In this document: in pieces, positions 51,022 through 64,000 of the stretch
Numbering within the stretch: position 1 is the first letter of the stretch
Layout: each line of letters starts with the position of its first letter
NCBI GenBank assembly: GCA_036172245.1
Contig: JAYWIR010000005.1
Location: 5,890,001 to 5,954,000 of the forward strand
Length of the DNA: 64,000 nucleotides
Direction: 5' to 3'
From: Raillietiella orientalis
Taxonomy: Eukaryota
Position numbers and translations under genes: made by a program
Notes under the pieces: generated by a model
Told to the model about the DNA's origin: nothing
What the model saw: only the letters and a program-made list of their open reading frames with translations
Databases searched by the model: none

Positions 51022-53797
51022 ATGCAGAATGGAGAAATGGATGATGAACATCCAGAGATCAGAGAAGAAATATTTCACAATACCGTAAGAGAATATGTTG
51101 TAAGTGAAAGTTTCCATGATGAGAATATAAATGCATTTTGAATTTTATGTACATATCAGTTAATGTACAATTTCAGATTTTCCTTTTGTTTTTTGTATCG
51201 CTGTTTTTATGCAGTTACTTCATCATACAGCATTTTAAGAGGGAGGAAGGAATTATTTACTCAATACTTGATGATGAAGCAAAAGCATATACTTTAACGT
51301 AAGTGGTCTTCTGGAATTCTTACAAGTTGCAGATAAGCTAAGAGATTTTAGCCTTTGTCTCTGTTTCTTTTTGTTTCTATGCACAAATATAACTCTGGAG
51401 TCCTGCTTCCGGAATTCAAGTTGCGAAATTAGAACCACATAAATTCTTAATTAACAAAAGAAGTACATCTTTTAATCCCCCATCATATGTAGGCTTGGTG
51501 ACATTCAAAATAAACAGTAATACATATCTGACTAGAATGAGAAAAGTCACAAAAAAGTAATGAATAACAAACAATGCTATGTGCAGAGGCTCAGTAAACA
51601 TGAAAGATCCCAAGTACATGTTCAGTTTGATTTGATCCATACAATCAGCATTATTTGGTGTATACTGCATGAAGCAGAAAGAGGTTCAAATATCCTGTTA
51701 CCACAGTTTGCAAATGTGCTATTTAAAAAAAATGAAAAACTGGTTGTGTTTGATCAATATGTAGGAAACTTCAAGTTGTTTTAGATAACCAAACATTAGC
51801 AAAGCATTTATTCTGATATGTGCAATGTTCAAACCAAAATCAAAGACACTATCCACATGATATTCAATAAGCTTTAAATGGTCACACGAATAAATAAGTT
51901 TTTTTTAAGCAAATCTTTGACGTGTTTTTTTTATTGCTCTGCATATTATTTCTTTCAATTCACTTGAGCATTAATTTTCACATGTGAATTGTTACAGCTT
52001 ATTTCATTGACTGAAGTCTACAAGAATTTAAATCTAATTTATTATTAGTTACAGCTGGAACAAAGATATTCAAAATTTGACATGACTATTATTATGTACA
52101 TCAAGAACTACTAAGAATTAAAGTGTTTTACAAAATTCCTTTTCTAGAATTATGATCAAATGTTTTTTCCAGAATCTGGACCTGTACCTTTTCTCTTGCA
52201 GTATCTCTTGGTGCTGCTCTCCTACTCCCTATCTCAATTTTGAGCAATGAAATCTTATTGCTGTATCCTGACAGCTATTACATGAAGTGGCTTAACAGTT
52301 CTTTGATACAAGGTGAGATCTAGTGAGAGTTGCAGGTGGCTATTGCAAAGCAGCTGCAGCACTCCAGACATATCAAGAGATTCTTGGGCCTATCCATGTC
52401 GTGTGCTTCTTCAGGACTCTGGAGTATGATTTTCCTGCTATCCAACCTGAATTTGTTTTTGCTGTTGCCCTTTGCTTACCTGTTTACAGAAGCTGAAGGG
52501 TTTCCAGGATTTCAGAAGGCATGTAGGTAGTGGCTATGTTTCTTACCATGAACTCTCAGGGCCTTTCAGCTCGGCTGTATGAGGTTGTGTGTGTCCTTTT
52601 TTTGTTAGGAATTCTGTTATTGGGTCTACTGTATGTTGTTTCTGCTTCAGTAGGACAGAACACTGTCGGATTCCTGTGCTTTGTCCACAATATAAGTATG
52701 TATTGATGTGCTTAACATAAATCATTTCTCTTGTTTTGCAGGTCTTCCTTTTATGTATTCTTGCATTTCATTTTGTGGAGTAATCCTGCTGCTTGGTAAC
52801 CTGCCATTTTTCATCATTTCAGTAGTTGCAAACAATATTTTTTTTCCATTAGTGTGCATGCCAGTGGGTAGCTCTAAGTTTTTAACATTAATTGGGCAAT
52901 TGATCTTACATCCTTGGAAGCAGGTGGATGAACTCATTTGTGTCCAGTTTGAGGAATTGGCGCATTACACTCATCTGCAGTATGATGGACTTCAACACCC
53001 TGGATTATTCAAAAACAAATCCATGTTTCAGAGTGATAACATGTTGCAAAGTTTGTTAATGTCTTGTTGAAGCACTTATAATTTCCCTTTTCTAGTTAAG
53101 GATGGCTGCAGCCTGGCACAGTATTTAGGATACCCCCTAATTATGCTGCTGCTTTTAGCTTTTGCTGGTGCCACACTTTTACTTGTGGTTAACAATACCC
53201 TTCAGTTGCTGATTGGGATTCGTGCATTGCCTGCGACATCCAAGGTGACTCTCTCGAAAGTTTTTCGCCTCATAATTTCTTTTTTTTTTTTTCTAGCAAT
53301 TTACTTTAGGTATTACTTCATTATCTGCATTAGGCCCCATTGGTGCCTTCCTTGAGTTGTCCCTCATTGGTTATTTTCTTTTGACCTCTGTTGTGGGACT
53401 CTACAGTCTCCCATTTTTTTCCGCTGTTCGGCCCCATAAAGATGATACTCCCATCATGGATCTTCTGGCAAACTGCGTGTTATTGTTATTGTTGACTTCT
53501 GCTATACCACTACTTACACGTACTTTGGGTAAGATTATTACGCAAATATTGATCTAGGTTTACTTATATCTAGGCATCACTAATTTTGATCTCCTTGGGC
53601 AATTCGGACATGTGGAATGGCTGGGAAATTACTTCATTGTGCTTTTCAGCAATGTGTTTTTTGTGTTCACACTTTCATTTTGTTTGGCTAACACATTAAC
53701 AGCACCATTACGCAAAGAACTTGCATTCCGACTAAATACTCTGTGGGTATTTATTCGATCACTTGGTTCTTCCCCAATTGAATTTAAAGAAGAATAA
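51022..53797 (+). CDS. LMBR1: LMBR1/LMBR1L (limb region 1/LIMR family) multi-pass membrane protein, complete, 10 exons, ~472-478 aa
   Basis: Exons 51022-51099, 51177-51298, 52173-52312, 52415-52518, 52560-52695, 52742-52795, 52853-53032 (or 53050), 53096-53244, 53297-53528 and 53574-53797, all phase-consistent. Peptides REEIFHNTVRE, AVSLGAALLLPISILSNE, YYMKWLNSSLIQGLW, EAEGFPG, LPFMYSCIS and TRTLGITNFDLLGQFGHVEWLGNY match LMBR1. Start ATG could be 51022 or 51037. Confidence 0.95.
52519..52559 (+). other. 41-nt GC-AG intron in LMBR1
   Basis: AAG|gcatgt...ctctcag|GGC. Only the GC donor keeps the frame (FQK|GLSARLYE); the nearby GT donors at 52523 and 52527 give early stops. Confidence 0.8.
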
Positions 53798-55429
53798 TTA
53801 ATATTAGAAAAATAATTAATGAAAACAGTTGTAAATATTAAAATTTGTAAAATAAGTATTGTCTTGTGCATTGAAGAATTTCAATTTCGAATGTACGTGC
53901 GCCTGTAAAGTATGAAAACATCGTTTCCGTCTCGCTTTTGTTCGAGTGCCAAGAACTGGTAGCAGTCTGTTTGCTACATGGGAGATGAGATGAAATGTAC
54001 AGAACAGACAATTGGAAAACTGGTTGTAGACAGATGGTACAGGATTTCAAACCTGATGCATTGCGATCTCGGACATCGTTGAATGCACACGTGCCAAAAT
54101 TCTCTTTATGCAAGAGTTGCATGCCTGTGAAGAAGCAGAGATAAGGGTAAACCCCTATCGAATGCAGTCGGTATCTCTTTGCCTGAATTATCGTGTTCAC
54201 TAACCAGTACTAATAGTATGTGGCATATGGATGCTACTTGTGCGTAGGATGTACGATCACGTGTTTATCAGGGAACCCGGTAAATAGTGGGATATAAGGG
54301 TGAAGACGGAGACGTCAAGTGAAAGCAGTGCGTCTTGCATCGATTTTCAACTCTGTTAGTGATGTGACGTTTGGATTTGCTATGCAGTGCTTCATAGAGA
54401 GATTGCGCTTCTCAGTTGCAGGTTTCCCAAGCAGTTATTGAAGGCAGTCAAATGATTGCAGCTGTTGGTATCTAATGTGGGGGTATCAAAGTTTGTAAAC
54501 ACTAGTAGTCAGTGTTGTGCCCATTGGTTTCGGGGAAATTTCGTTACTGCGCGTCTTATGCATCTCTGAATGCCACTGATGTGTTGGTTGTTCATCGGGA
54601 AATTTTCGGTTCGAATAACGAAAATCAGCTCTTTCGGCAGTGTGCATCACTTCTGTCAATTCGCCTCCACGTATATCCACGTGCATCCACCCTGTAAAAT
54701 TCTGTAGGTTGACGTGGCTCAGCTTGTGACGTAATGACTCGCGCGTTCTACGACACTGAGTTGAACCGAGTGCTGCCTTAATTGGTAAAGTCGCCTTTAG
54801 ACTCTCATCCTAAAAGAAAATGGCACGTGCTTGGATTCCTGAATGGAGCCATCCTGGGTGCTCGGCGCATGTTGAGAGTTCACGTCCTTGGCGCTTCCAA
54901 AAAAAAATCTGTACGCACGGGCCTGTGCGTTGCAGAGAAACCGTTCGAATCCGGCCATAGGTGGTGGTTTGGTGTTAGGGTGGGTACCCAACTGACTTAA
55001 TTGACGGCGAGTTCTCTTTGTTTCTGTTTACTGCGATGTAATGTACAACGACTGAAAAGCTCCCATATTAAGGTTTCGGCCGAGTCTATCGGCGGAAGTA
55101 GGCTCAGTGTCGTGCCGTTTCGTTTTTGCACACCTCAGCTTATAAAGCACACGGATCGAAGCTGCTTGGTCAGACTGTGAAAATGGGAATGGGAATGTCA
55201 AGAAAAGGGCTTGGCGTTTGGTCCAATGTTATTTTTTCTCTTGATGCTGCGCACTGACTCGAAGGAAACTGAGTTCCCAAGAAGCTTCGAAGCTGCTCAA
55301 TGTGAGAGGTACGTATACCCATGTGTATGTTGCTTCTGAAAGCACAGAGATATGAATGTTCTCTTGATTGAGCATGTGGGAAAAAAATAAAAATGATCCG
55401 CAGAGAATTGTGCCAAATTTATTCATATC

Positions 55430-56360
55430 TTTAGGTGACCTAGTTTTAGCATTACAGAAAGGCCCCTTTTAATGTGAATTCTTTGTATGCTTCGTAATAG
55501 AACTTTTATCTAGCATTTTGGATTAATACAAAAACTGCTGCTGGAATGGCTCTGGAGCATCTTTCGCGAATGATGTTTCCTCCGTGTTCTTCACGGTTTC
55601 TCGGTGCTCTCTTCCGGGCTGAGAGCATGGTCCAGGTCATCTGGTTGGGCTGCAACCTTTTTCCTTCTGACCTGTGCTGCATAGATGCTACTTGAGAAGC
55701 GGATCCAGGTGGCTACCATCCGCTGTCGTAGCCTGATCGGCTTCTTCTTCGGAATTCCTAGGTATTGTAGAACGTTGTCGTTTTCAGGATCCCATGCTCC
55801 AGGCGAGCCGACGATGATCGCCTGCACTTTGGTTATTTTCCCAGTGTTTCCGAGTTGCATGGGGACATCATGGTATTTGGCCTCCTTTATTTTCCTCGAT
55901 GTGGTGAACGCCTCCTTTCCGTTTTCAAATGGGCAGGAGATGTCCAGCACACCTATTCGATCGCTTTTCTCTAAAACCAGGTCTGGTTTTAGGGTGGAGG
56001 TGGTTCCTGGCACTCTGCGATTACTTGATACCAGAGTCCACTTGGCTTCATCCGTTGCGGCCTTCTTGATCATTTCCAGGATAGCATCATGGCGCTGCAT
56101 CGTCAGAGGCGCGTGCTTTTTGCATCTGTTGAGCACGTGTGATAAAGTCTCGTCCTCTGTTCCGCAACGCCGACATATGAACGTTGTCATGGACCTTCTT
56201 CGATTTAGTGGCAGAAGGTTCAGTCTTGCCGCATGGATGAAGCTGTAGTCTCGGTATCTTAGGTGGATTCCGTTTGTCTGGAAGAAGCTTGAAGAGTGAT
56301 GCACGACCTTCCACACACTGCATGGCCTTCCCTTGACTAACGTGGTTTTCAGTGAGAGAC
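55430..56360 (-). mobile_element. 5'-truncated Utopia/NeSL-type (R2-group) non-LTR retrotransposon: CCHC finger and restriction-like endonuclease
   Basis: ORF 55591-56316 has FIHAARLNLLPLN, CRRCG..ETLSHVLNRC, RHDAI, KPDLV...D.SCPFEN...K..KY and IIVGSPGAW. The upstream 'QGKAMQC' is in another frame (frameshift near 56315). AATAAA lies near 55420. Confidence 0.9.
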
Positions 56361-56899
56361 TGAAGAATAATTATCCGATTCATTTTACAGTCTAATGTTC
56401 GGATGCTCTAATGGATTTAGTTTATTCGTTTGTTATCCTTTTGAACGAATGAAGTACATATTCGTTGATTATGGATTGATTCGTTGATTATCTCACGAAA
56501 CGCAGAGAGGTCTTTTAACAATAAATAAAGTGAAATGAATCAAAAATTGATATTTAATGGTAGATGCCGATGAGTTAAATAAAATGATTGCTATGCGCAA
56601 GAAAATATGGTTGAATTTGACTATGGAAGTACTAGGAGTATGTGTTTCGTTTTGAATTACTAGTGAGTTGCGGGCTTAGAGATAGCTGTTACGAGATTTT
56701 AATAGTAGATTAATGTTGATTTTTAAAGCATTTATGAGTGGAATGTAGTTAATAGTGGTTTATGTGAAGTAGTGTTAGCTAAAATGTGGCTAAGTTTCTA
56801 TTTTCAAAATAAGCGTTTTGATTAATTAGTTATTTTTTCTGTAATAATGAAAATTTTTTATTCTAATTTTTTCTAAGATAATATGGCATCACATGATCC

Positions 56900-57620
56900 A
56901 AAAGTTCTTTTCCATATAGAGTTCGAGCACTTCAGGGTACGCGATGTTTGATTTCCATACCATAGCAAGATGGTTCCGCGAGTTGAGACGTAGTCAAAGA
57001 CCGCGTTCTCTGTAAATTCCCACTTGTGGTCTTTCACCTTACCACACCGGTAGAACAGTGAACTAATACTCACTATTGTAGATTCTATTGTAGATACTCA
57101 CTATTGCACCAGCCTTCCCCTTTTTTTTCGATCAGCGTTCTCTTCTCAGCCCAACCTTACTGTATGAGAGGATCTTCAGTTCGGTAGTAGCAAAAGGTGC
57201 GTAGGACTAGCTTGCATAACTGGACGAACTTCACTCTTAGTGCCGAGTACAGTAAAGAGATCGCAGATCCTGTGTGGTACTTGTGACGGGGGAAGCAGTC
57301 TACGTATTGGGGAGAATCTCAAGAGTGGTGTGGACGTCAAAATTTGGGGATTTGTTTCCTTCGTTGTTGAAATATCGGAGAATAAGCGAAACGGGTACGC
57401 TGAAGAAGGTTTGCGGAAATTTCCTAAGCCGCATCTGAACGTGTGGTATTCCGTAGTGTCATAGCATGCGGGCATTTGTACCAAGGGCAGCCGCCAAGCC
57501 TCTTGTACCAGGAGCCCGCTTGGGCAGCCAAGCCCATGTCAACCCTATGCCGTTTCACTCGAAGGGTAGCAAGATGGTTCTGCGAGCTCAGGAGGGCCCG
57601 ATAACGCGTACTACACCTTG
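56900..57620 (-). mobile_element. Possible very old non-LTR RT relic
   Basis: Weak similarity only ('SWYKRL', 'KPSSAYPF', 'CYGME'). Confidence 0.2.
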
Positions 57621-60600
57621 ACAAGCAGATTCGATGGATTAGTACTCATCGGATGAGACTTTGTTTCCTTCAAATGATTGGAATTGTGCCCAGCTTGCAG
57701 AGATGCGTTTGCCGAGCTACCAGTTCATCCACTTCGTTTGCACTTTCGCGACTCGAAGTAGAAATTTTTGAATTTAAGAGTGAATTACCTCGGGCTGATT
57801 CTCAGTTCTTCCACCTTCAATACCTTACACGAAGGACAGCTGAAAAGGCTCAGCTCACCATTTTGTTTCACCTTTGCACAAGAGCTTCATAAAGGTCAAG
57901 GCAGCACTTTAGCTTCTTAACATTTATCGCCTTAGCTGATCTTTATTTTGCCACATTCCTAATTGTGTGTCTTTGAATGCCGTGCACTCATCCCTATCGG
58001 TTGAGGTAGGCATATGGCTTCGTTTCATCCTCTTTATTCGCTCACGACCCACCATCCCATTTGAAGTTCCCTTCTCAATTTGCTGTCTTCGGTGTATGCA
58101 TCCTTTGCTTGGTCTTGCTCTCTCCTGAAACAGTTGTATATAGGCTTCCGAGTTTGCTTTTCTCCCAAGTTTCATAGAAATTCCACCCCTTTTTCATGGG
58201 CAAACATTCGATCCATTTGGTAGGATGGAAAGCAATTTATTCCAACATCATGAGATGCTTCATTCATAACCATAGATGAATGCCGGAAATTTCTTCAGAT
58301 CCGATGCTCCGAAACGGAACTCACTGTGTCAGATTTCTTTTCTGAGTGTTTCATTAGGCAGAATGTCGAGTTCACGCAAAGTTCTGCAAAAACTTTTTCA
58401 ACTTATTTTATATGCTGAAATGTCCGTGACGTTCATGTTGGAATGACGGCAACGTGTACGTCTCATGAAAGTCCTGGGAGAGATTATCGAATCTCCTCAA
58501 CCTTATGTATATCTTATTTATGTAAACAGGAACGTGTCGTTCTCAGGCTTTCCAAAAGCCACGGAAGGAATAATGCTCGACTGGAGTATATCGACTTGAC
58601 ATTGAAGGCATTCCGAAAGCCTTCAGGAAAAAGGAGCACAGTACACAGAAAAAAGAACTCTCGAGTGATACGAAAATGAATTCAATGAGGGTGTTGAATA
58701 TGTAAGCAATTCATCGGAAGGTTTCAGAACGAACAAGGAAAATTCCGTTTGTGCGGTGTTCCTTTTTACACTAAAGTGGGAGGAATAAAGATAGATAAGG
58801 TGGCACCCGGGACAGCGAGAAGTTTTCATTCATCGGAAAGAAGACAGGTTATCAGGAGGAGTGGTCCAGAATCGTGAATTTATAACAGAACTGTGATCCC
58901 TTGTGACATTCATCTAAGTGAAGCTTGAGAGTGGACTGCGGAAAACGGCTTACGTTGGTATAAATTCTTGCCAAAAAAGGCTGAAGTCCGAGTCATAATT
59001 TCTGAAGCACCAAGTCGTTCGAAACATCACTCGGTGCTTCAGGGACATCGACGTTGGCGCCAACTTCACCTCTCTTTCATCTGATGCATGGAACGGAGGC
59101 ACCACAGAAACTGTTTCTTGCTGAGATTCGGTGTTTTGTGCAGAAACACCATGGGTAAGTTTACAAAGTCAGCAAGACCGAATGACAGCAGTAGCCAGCT
59201 CCTCATGGCTTGCATCATAAGAAGAAAGGAAAACACACGAGACTCGATAAAAATAAGTGAACTTCCATCTCTATCTCAGTGCATGTGATTCTGCTCTATA
59301 ATGGGACATTGGTTTGACTAGTCTTTAAGAGAAACTGTATCTGCTAAGGTATTTAAGATGAGAGGGGAACGTTATGATGGAAATCGCCTTTTGATGCTTA
59401 TGAGCACTTTCGAATTTGCTGGGAAAAATAAAAAAAATTCACTAGGAGTTTCTTGGATTTCCTGGATTGCAGCCAGAGGCACCGAGAAAGCTTCAGCGTG
59501 TAGCACACTTACTCTCTTACAAACAGATCGCTTAAAGCTTCAAGTGATCAGCGAAAATGGAAATCCAAAACCTACTCAGTCATCAAAATGCCATATTTAG
59601 TCATTGCAAATTGTATAATCTGCAGAACAGTACGAACGTATCTACTTTATTTTATAGTCCAAACTAATAGCAATAAGAACTACTACTAAAATGTCGAAAC
59701 AAACTCCATATTGGAACCTTTACTTTCGCAAATCTGATACAATGGGTAAATGAATGAGTTAAATTCATGAATCTCGAAACATTCGCCAACACAGTAAAAT
59801 CGCAAAGGCGAGCACATGCACTCATGACCAAGGCTGTGGGTCCCAGAGCGAATGTTACAAAGTTAACAAACGTATGTTAAAATGTAATAGCTGCGCGTCA
59901 CTCAAAGATCTACCAGTCGGTCTTCACCTCCGTGTAGATCGACCATGGCGCCGGTGAACAAACATCAAGTGATAGCAAGGCGTCCATTTCCATAGTGTGA
60001 ACAGTACTGCCATCGTGGATAAGTATTTCTCGTGCACCTTGTTCCCTGGCTAGCATTCAAGTAACTTCTCTTCAGATGAAGTTTGCAAACTGACCTTATC
60101 GACTGACATCTGTTCTTGCTGCCACAAAAATACACAAGGATATGTTTAATTCCTGAAAATTCTTTGTTTTTTGAAATTAATGACCTTTGGATAAGGGAAT
60201 CGTGCTCTCCTCAAACAGTTCGAACTGACTGATCGCCCAGCGCTACCCCACCCTATGAACAGCACAACTAATAGTACACAATTCCCTTCAGAGTAATCAG
60301 CGCGGTACTGATGGGATTCCGGAACAGCCAGGAATCTCACCAAGATTCGATCTCAGGAACTACGAAAGTATGCAGACTTGTTAGATTAATGCCGGTTGAA
60401 GGAAAATGGACACCAATCAGCTATTCTCCCTCATAGGAAAACGGAATCATTTCATTTCCGACCTATACTCCCCTAAGCATCGTGGGGCCCATTGATTTTA
60501 TTCCCCATTTTTCCATTCTATCTGATTATGCAGTGCTTTGTACACCGCAACCCTTTCTATTGCGAGAATTTTGGGAACAAAGTTTTGAGGAAATTTCAAT

Positions 60601-61299
60601 CAACTTGAAATTTGCACTGAAATGTGACATACTGTGGTAATGCAGCCTGATGATAGATTTCAATTTATGGACATAATGGGATGTAAAGGAGATCAATAGA
60701 ATTTCAAGCTGAGATGTTCTGTGATATGAAAAAAATTAGAATTCGTTGATAATATGAAGTCAATGCATTAATACAGTATTCGCGCCAACCCCAGAACAAA
60801 AGATTTCTCCTGTGCCACTTCACTGTTGCCAGCTTTCCATTAGCAAACTTTGGAAGGCAGTTTGCATATTTCTTCGAATTTAGACATAGTAGGTGAGCCA
60901 AAAAAATACTTCATCTCAGGAATCGAGTAATTTACATTTTTTACAGTATCTCTATAAGCTTTCCGAGTGTTTTTGATAGGCATCTCCAGTGAAAATGTTC
61001 ACCTTCCATAGATGATATGTAAACAGCATCTTTATGATTGCAGCATCAAAATTTGCAATGGATGAAAGCATTCCAATGCCTAAAATGAAATTGGATGCAA
61101 TATCTTCAAAGCTTTTGGTTATTTGGGCGTAGCAATGACACTTCACTGTTCTTAGGGTGGCAGAAGTTGTCTGCTAGGTTTAGAATTGCAACCTCAGAAC
61201 TCGAAGAAGCAAAACAAAGTTCCAAGACAAAAAGAAATCATTTTGACTGGAAAGAAATCCCCTTGACAGAATGATCAGCTGCTAATTATATTATTTGTA

Positions 61300-62060
61300 T
61301 TTTCAAAGTTTAGCTTCAAAACGTGAGAGTTCTCATATCCATGCTAATTCTTTCGTTTTGTTCTGTTTTTAATCTTATTTGCCAAGTAATATGATTGGGC
61401 TGCTCAGTGATCATACGTAGGAAGTGGAAAAGAGCTTCGTTCAGTCGTAATATTGCTATCAAAGAAAATCTTTTCATTACTTGTTTTGGAACTCTGTGTT
61501 TGACCATGACTTTTGCTTTTGGTGAGGTAGGCAACGACGATTTTCAACTATAGCATGAGTTTCCTCCATGTAGAGGCATCTGATTAAAGTGGTTAGCATT
61601 GGCTTGCTTACCAATTAATGGTTCTCTCTTGGGAATGAGTCAATGGTCGGGGTGCTTGATAATGGGACGAGTCCTCGCATGGAGTCTAGTGACACATATT
61701 TTGCTATTCGTATGTCCTCTTGTACGAAGAAGTGTGATGCTATAAAACTTGGTGTAATGGATGAAGGAGCCATTTCTGCCGTGTGCAAGAGTCTCCATGT
61801 CTTTGACGATGTGCTAGTTTGGGTATCCATGCAACTATACTTGATAATTGTCTTTTGATTAGTATAAGGTTTTGTTAAAAGCTGTCCTCCGCCTTTTCGA
61901 GGTGAATGTGTTTTTCTGAGTTTTGGTAGAGCCGAGCCATGCAGGAGCTCGATATATACCTGGAGATGCAGAGTGCCTCTGGTTGAGATATCCTTTCCAG
62001 CGACAGCGACAAATAAATCTTTTGTAGTGGCTCAACGTACTTTATTGTACTTTGTTGAAG
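61300..62060 (-). mobile_element. Decayed RTE-like LINE RT
   Basis: 'IHLEKAEDS' (~IDLEKAFDS), 'FFVQEDIR' (~FxVxxGVRQ), 'KAKVMV' (~KTKVM), 'FHFLRMI' (~FxYLGSxI) and 'ERISM', in order. Confidence 0.55.
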
Positions 62061-63331
62061 CAACAGTACGCATGCAGTTTCTCAACACTAAAGTATAGAT
62101 AACGAAGAAAACTTTGGTCTAGTCAATAGTTGGGAAGTAATTCGACTTTCGAGAGTCATACTCGCCTAGTGCAGGCATTCGGCAGCTGGGGATGGTGGAG
62201 AGGAACTGAAATCTAAAATGGGATCATACAGTACAAATTAGCATGAATTTTTCTCTTTAGTTCCAAATTAAGGTTCTACATTACCAAGCTACGGTTAAGT
62301 TTCAATCCTGAAATAGTGACCATGCTTGATAGATTAGCATGCACTTTTATGCCCTCATTCTTATCCCAGAATACCCAGCCCAAGTGTTCATGCTTCTCTA
62401 CAAAATTCACACCAGAAAAATAACTTCAGTAAACAGCAGGAGGATGTGATCCCAAAGCTCAAGTGCATATTCACCCAATCCGGAGGACAGTCGGATACCC
62501 TCACACTGTCCTTCCTAACTCCGTTCAGACGTATCCACTTTAAATCTTGCTCTGGATAATCCATCTAGATGAGCACGAACACTCATCAACTTCGCTCATA
62601 CCAAGTAAAAAACCAAACCAGACACACGACATCGTTATACATTATTGTTGCTGAAAAATATTTAAAATCTAAAATTTACTTCCGGATGGTATTAAAAATG
62701 AAAATTAGATAGAATGGACATTTGAATATTTTTTTGTAGGTTTGGTTTGTGTTTTGAAATAAATATATAATGTGCATTATAAAACATTTCATCATGCTTA
62801 ATGGATATTATCACATTTAAGCAGTGATGCTTTATCTGATATATAATTATATGCAACTGGATTTACGATTGTATACATCTCTATTCCAGTGACTTTAATT
62901 TTACTTACTTTTAATTGTTTTTTTTTAGTTTGTTATTAATACATCATTTCATTTTACGATTGTGATGCAACACTGTTTTGGCTCGAGATTTGAATGGTTT
63001 ACATGTTTGTTTATATGCCTCATGATACTTCAGTTCGAATGGTGTGCATACTAGGTGAGTGTCGTTTCAAGGATATTTACTTTGAAAAATCTTAAGAGAA
63101 AAAAATGCTAATGATGGAAGTTGAAATTTCTGGAGTTTTATTGCAAAAAAGTCATATATTCATGTAAGCATTCCACGATACCTTTTTTTTTTGTTTTTCA
63201 ATTTAGTGATTCTTGTAATGGGTTTAATCTCTAGAATATGATGTTTTTCCTTTTTCTACGGCAGGTATCTGTAAGGGAGCTATTTCTATTTCTTACTCAT
63301 CTATGTACTCATGTATCCATATGCATGTATC

Positions 63332-64000
63332 CATTTAAATGTTGGATGCACCCTTAAGATTTTTTCCCATAATTGGTATCATCTGTGGATGATGTGTTTT
63401 ATGTAAAAATTTTAGCAAGGCAAATCCCAGGTTCTTCATCATAAAACTTCAAGGATACTGCTCTTCAAGACATAGCAAAGAATCTGTGGATGTTCCCAAA
63501 ATACAACGTACTACCTCCGTGTTTTGCATTTTGATCCGAAATCCCCGTCAGTTTTTTTGGCATGAAAAGTTGACATACTTACAGACATATACCGTAACAT
63601 GTTTGAAAAAAGACATAATTCAAGGAGTAAGTTTATTACATAAAGCAAATATGTCTCAAAATCAAGTTGTTTTGTAGAAAACTGTATTCATAGATTCATC
63701 TAGAACAAAGATGAAGTTGAATGATGCTCTCCAAGCACCCCATATTTTCATGAACGAGAATCTGATAAATTATGAGGTAAAAATTGTTTTTCTTTAATGT
63801 CTACATTTCTTTTGAACAGGGTACAGTGACCAGCATTGACTATGTTGATGAAGGGATTCTTCAACTAGATGACAGTGTACAGTTACACTTTGCATTTTTG
63901 TTAGAAGCTGCTCAGATCCCCAGGATCAGTCTTCATGACAAGATATGTGTTTATAATGTTCATACTTTAAAAATAAAAAATGAGATTTGGCTGTTGGCTT
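63332..64000 (+). CDS. CTC1: CTC1-like (CST complex large subunit) gene, internal exons of the N-terminal OB-fold region; continues past the window end, 5' exons unresolved
   Basis: Exons ~63416/63431-63626, 63678-63776 and 63820->64000 encode FFIIKLQG...VFCILIRNPRQFFWHEKLTYLQTYTVTCLKKDIIQG|KTVFIDSSRTKMKL...LINYE|GTVTSIDYVDEGILQLDDSVQLHFAF...ICVYNVHTL. This is collinear with remembered human CTC1 YFILSLG...[45 protein letters not shown]...[31 protein letters not shown]...LQLQDVHLL. A likely preceding exon ends at ~63375 (HLNVGCTLKIFSHN). Confidence 0.7.

Noticed and set aside
60146..60343. 'RFPYPKVI' resembling the DIRS YAFPP motif
   Set aside because: Single weak motif with no supporting RT or recombinase remnants.
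1..64000. CRISPR array, operon, prophage or other prokaryotic system
   Set aside because: No regularly spaced repeats or dense ORF packing; the spliced genes show this is animal DNA.

Overview
This is eukaryotic (invertebrate animal) genomic DNA, not prokaryotic. It has spliced genes with mostly short introns (41-135 nt) separated by many heavily decayed retrotransposon relics. Three genes were assembled by hand with phase-consistent splice sites: a complete 8-exon Golgi alpha-mannosidase II (GH38, minus strand, 19778-23858, ~1148 aa), a complete 10-exon LMBR1/LMBR1L gene (plus strand, 51022-53797) with a 41-nt GC-AG intron, and exons of a CTC1-like (CST complex) gene running off the right end. 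Also present are the first two coding exons of a Cys-loop anion-channel gene (minus strand, 6647-6897), an intronless 3R-Myb pseudogene fragment (14101-14379), an uncharacterised multi-exon coiled-coil gene (~35.9-38.4 kb), the 3' part of a Utopia/NeSL-type RLE retrotransposon (55.4-56.4 kb), relics of L1/Tx1, RTE, CR1 and Ty3/Gypsy elements, a 298-bp 97%-identical inverted repeat and two DNA hairpins. All family assignments come from motif recognition by eye against remembered sequences; no database search was run and the organism is not identified. No CRISPR array, rRNA or confident tRNA was seen, and I did not find a clearly new multi-gene system.
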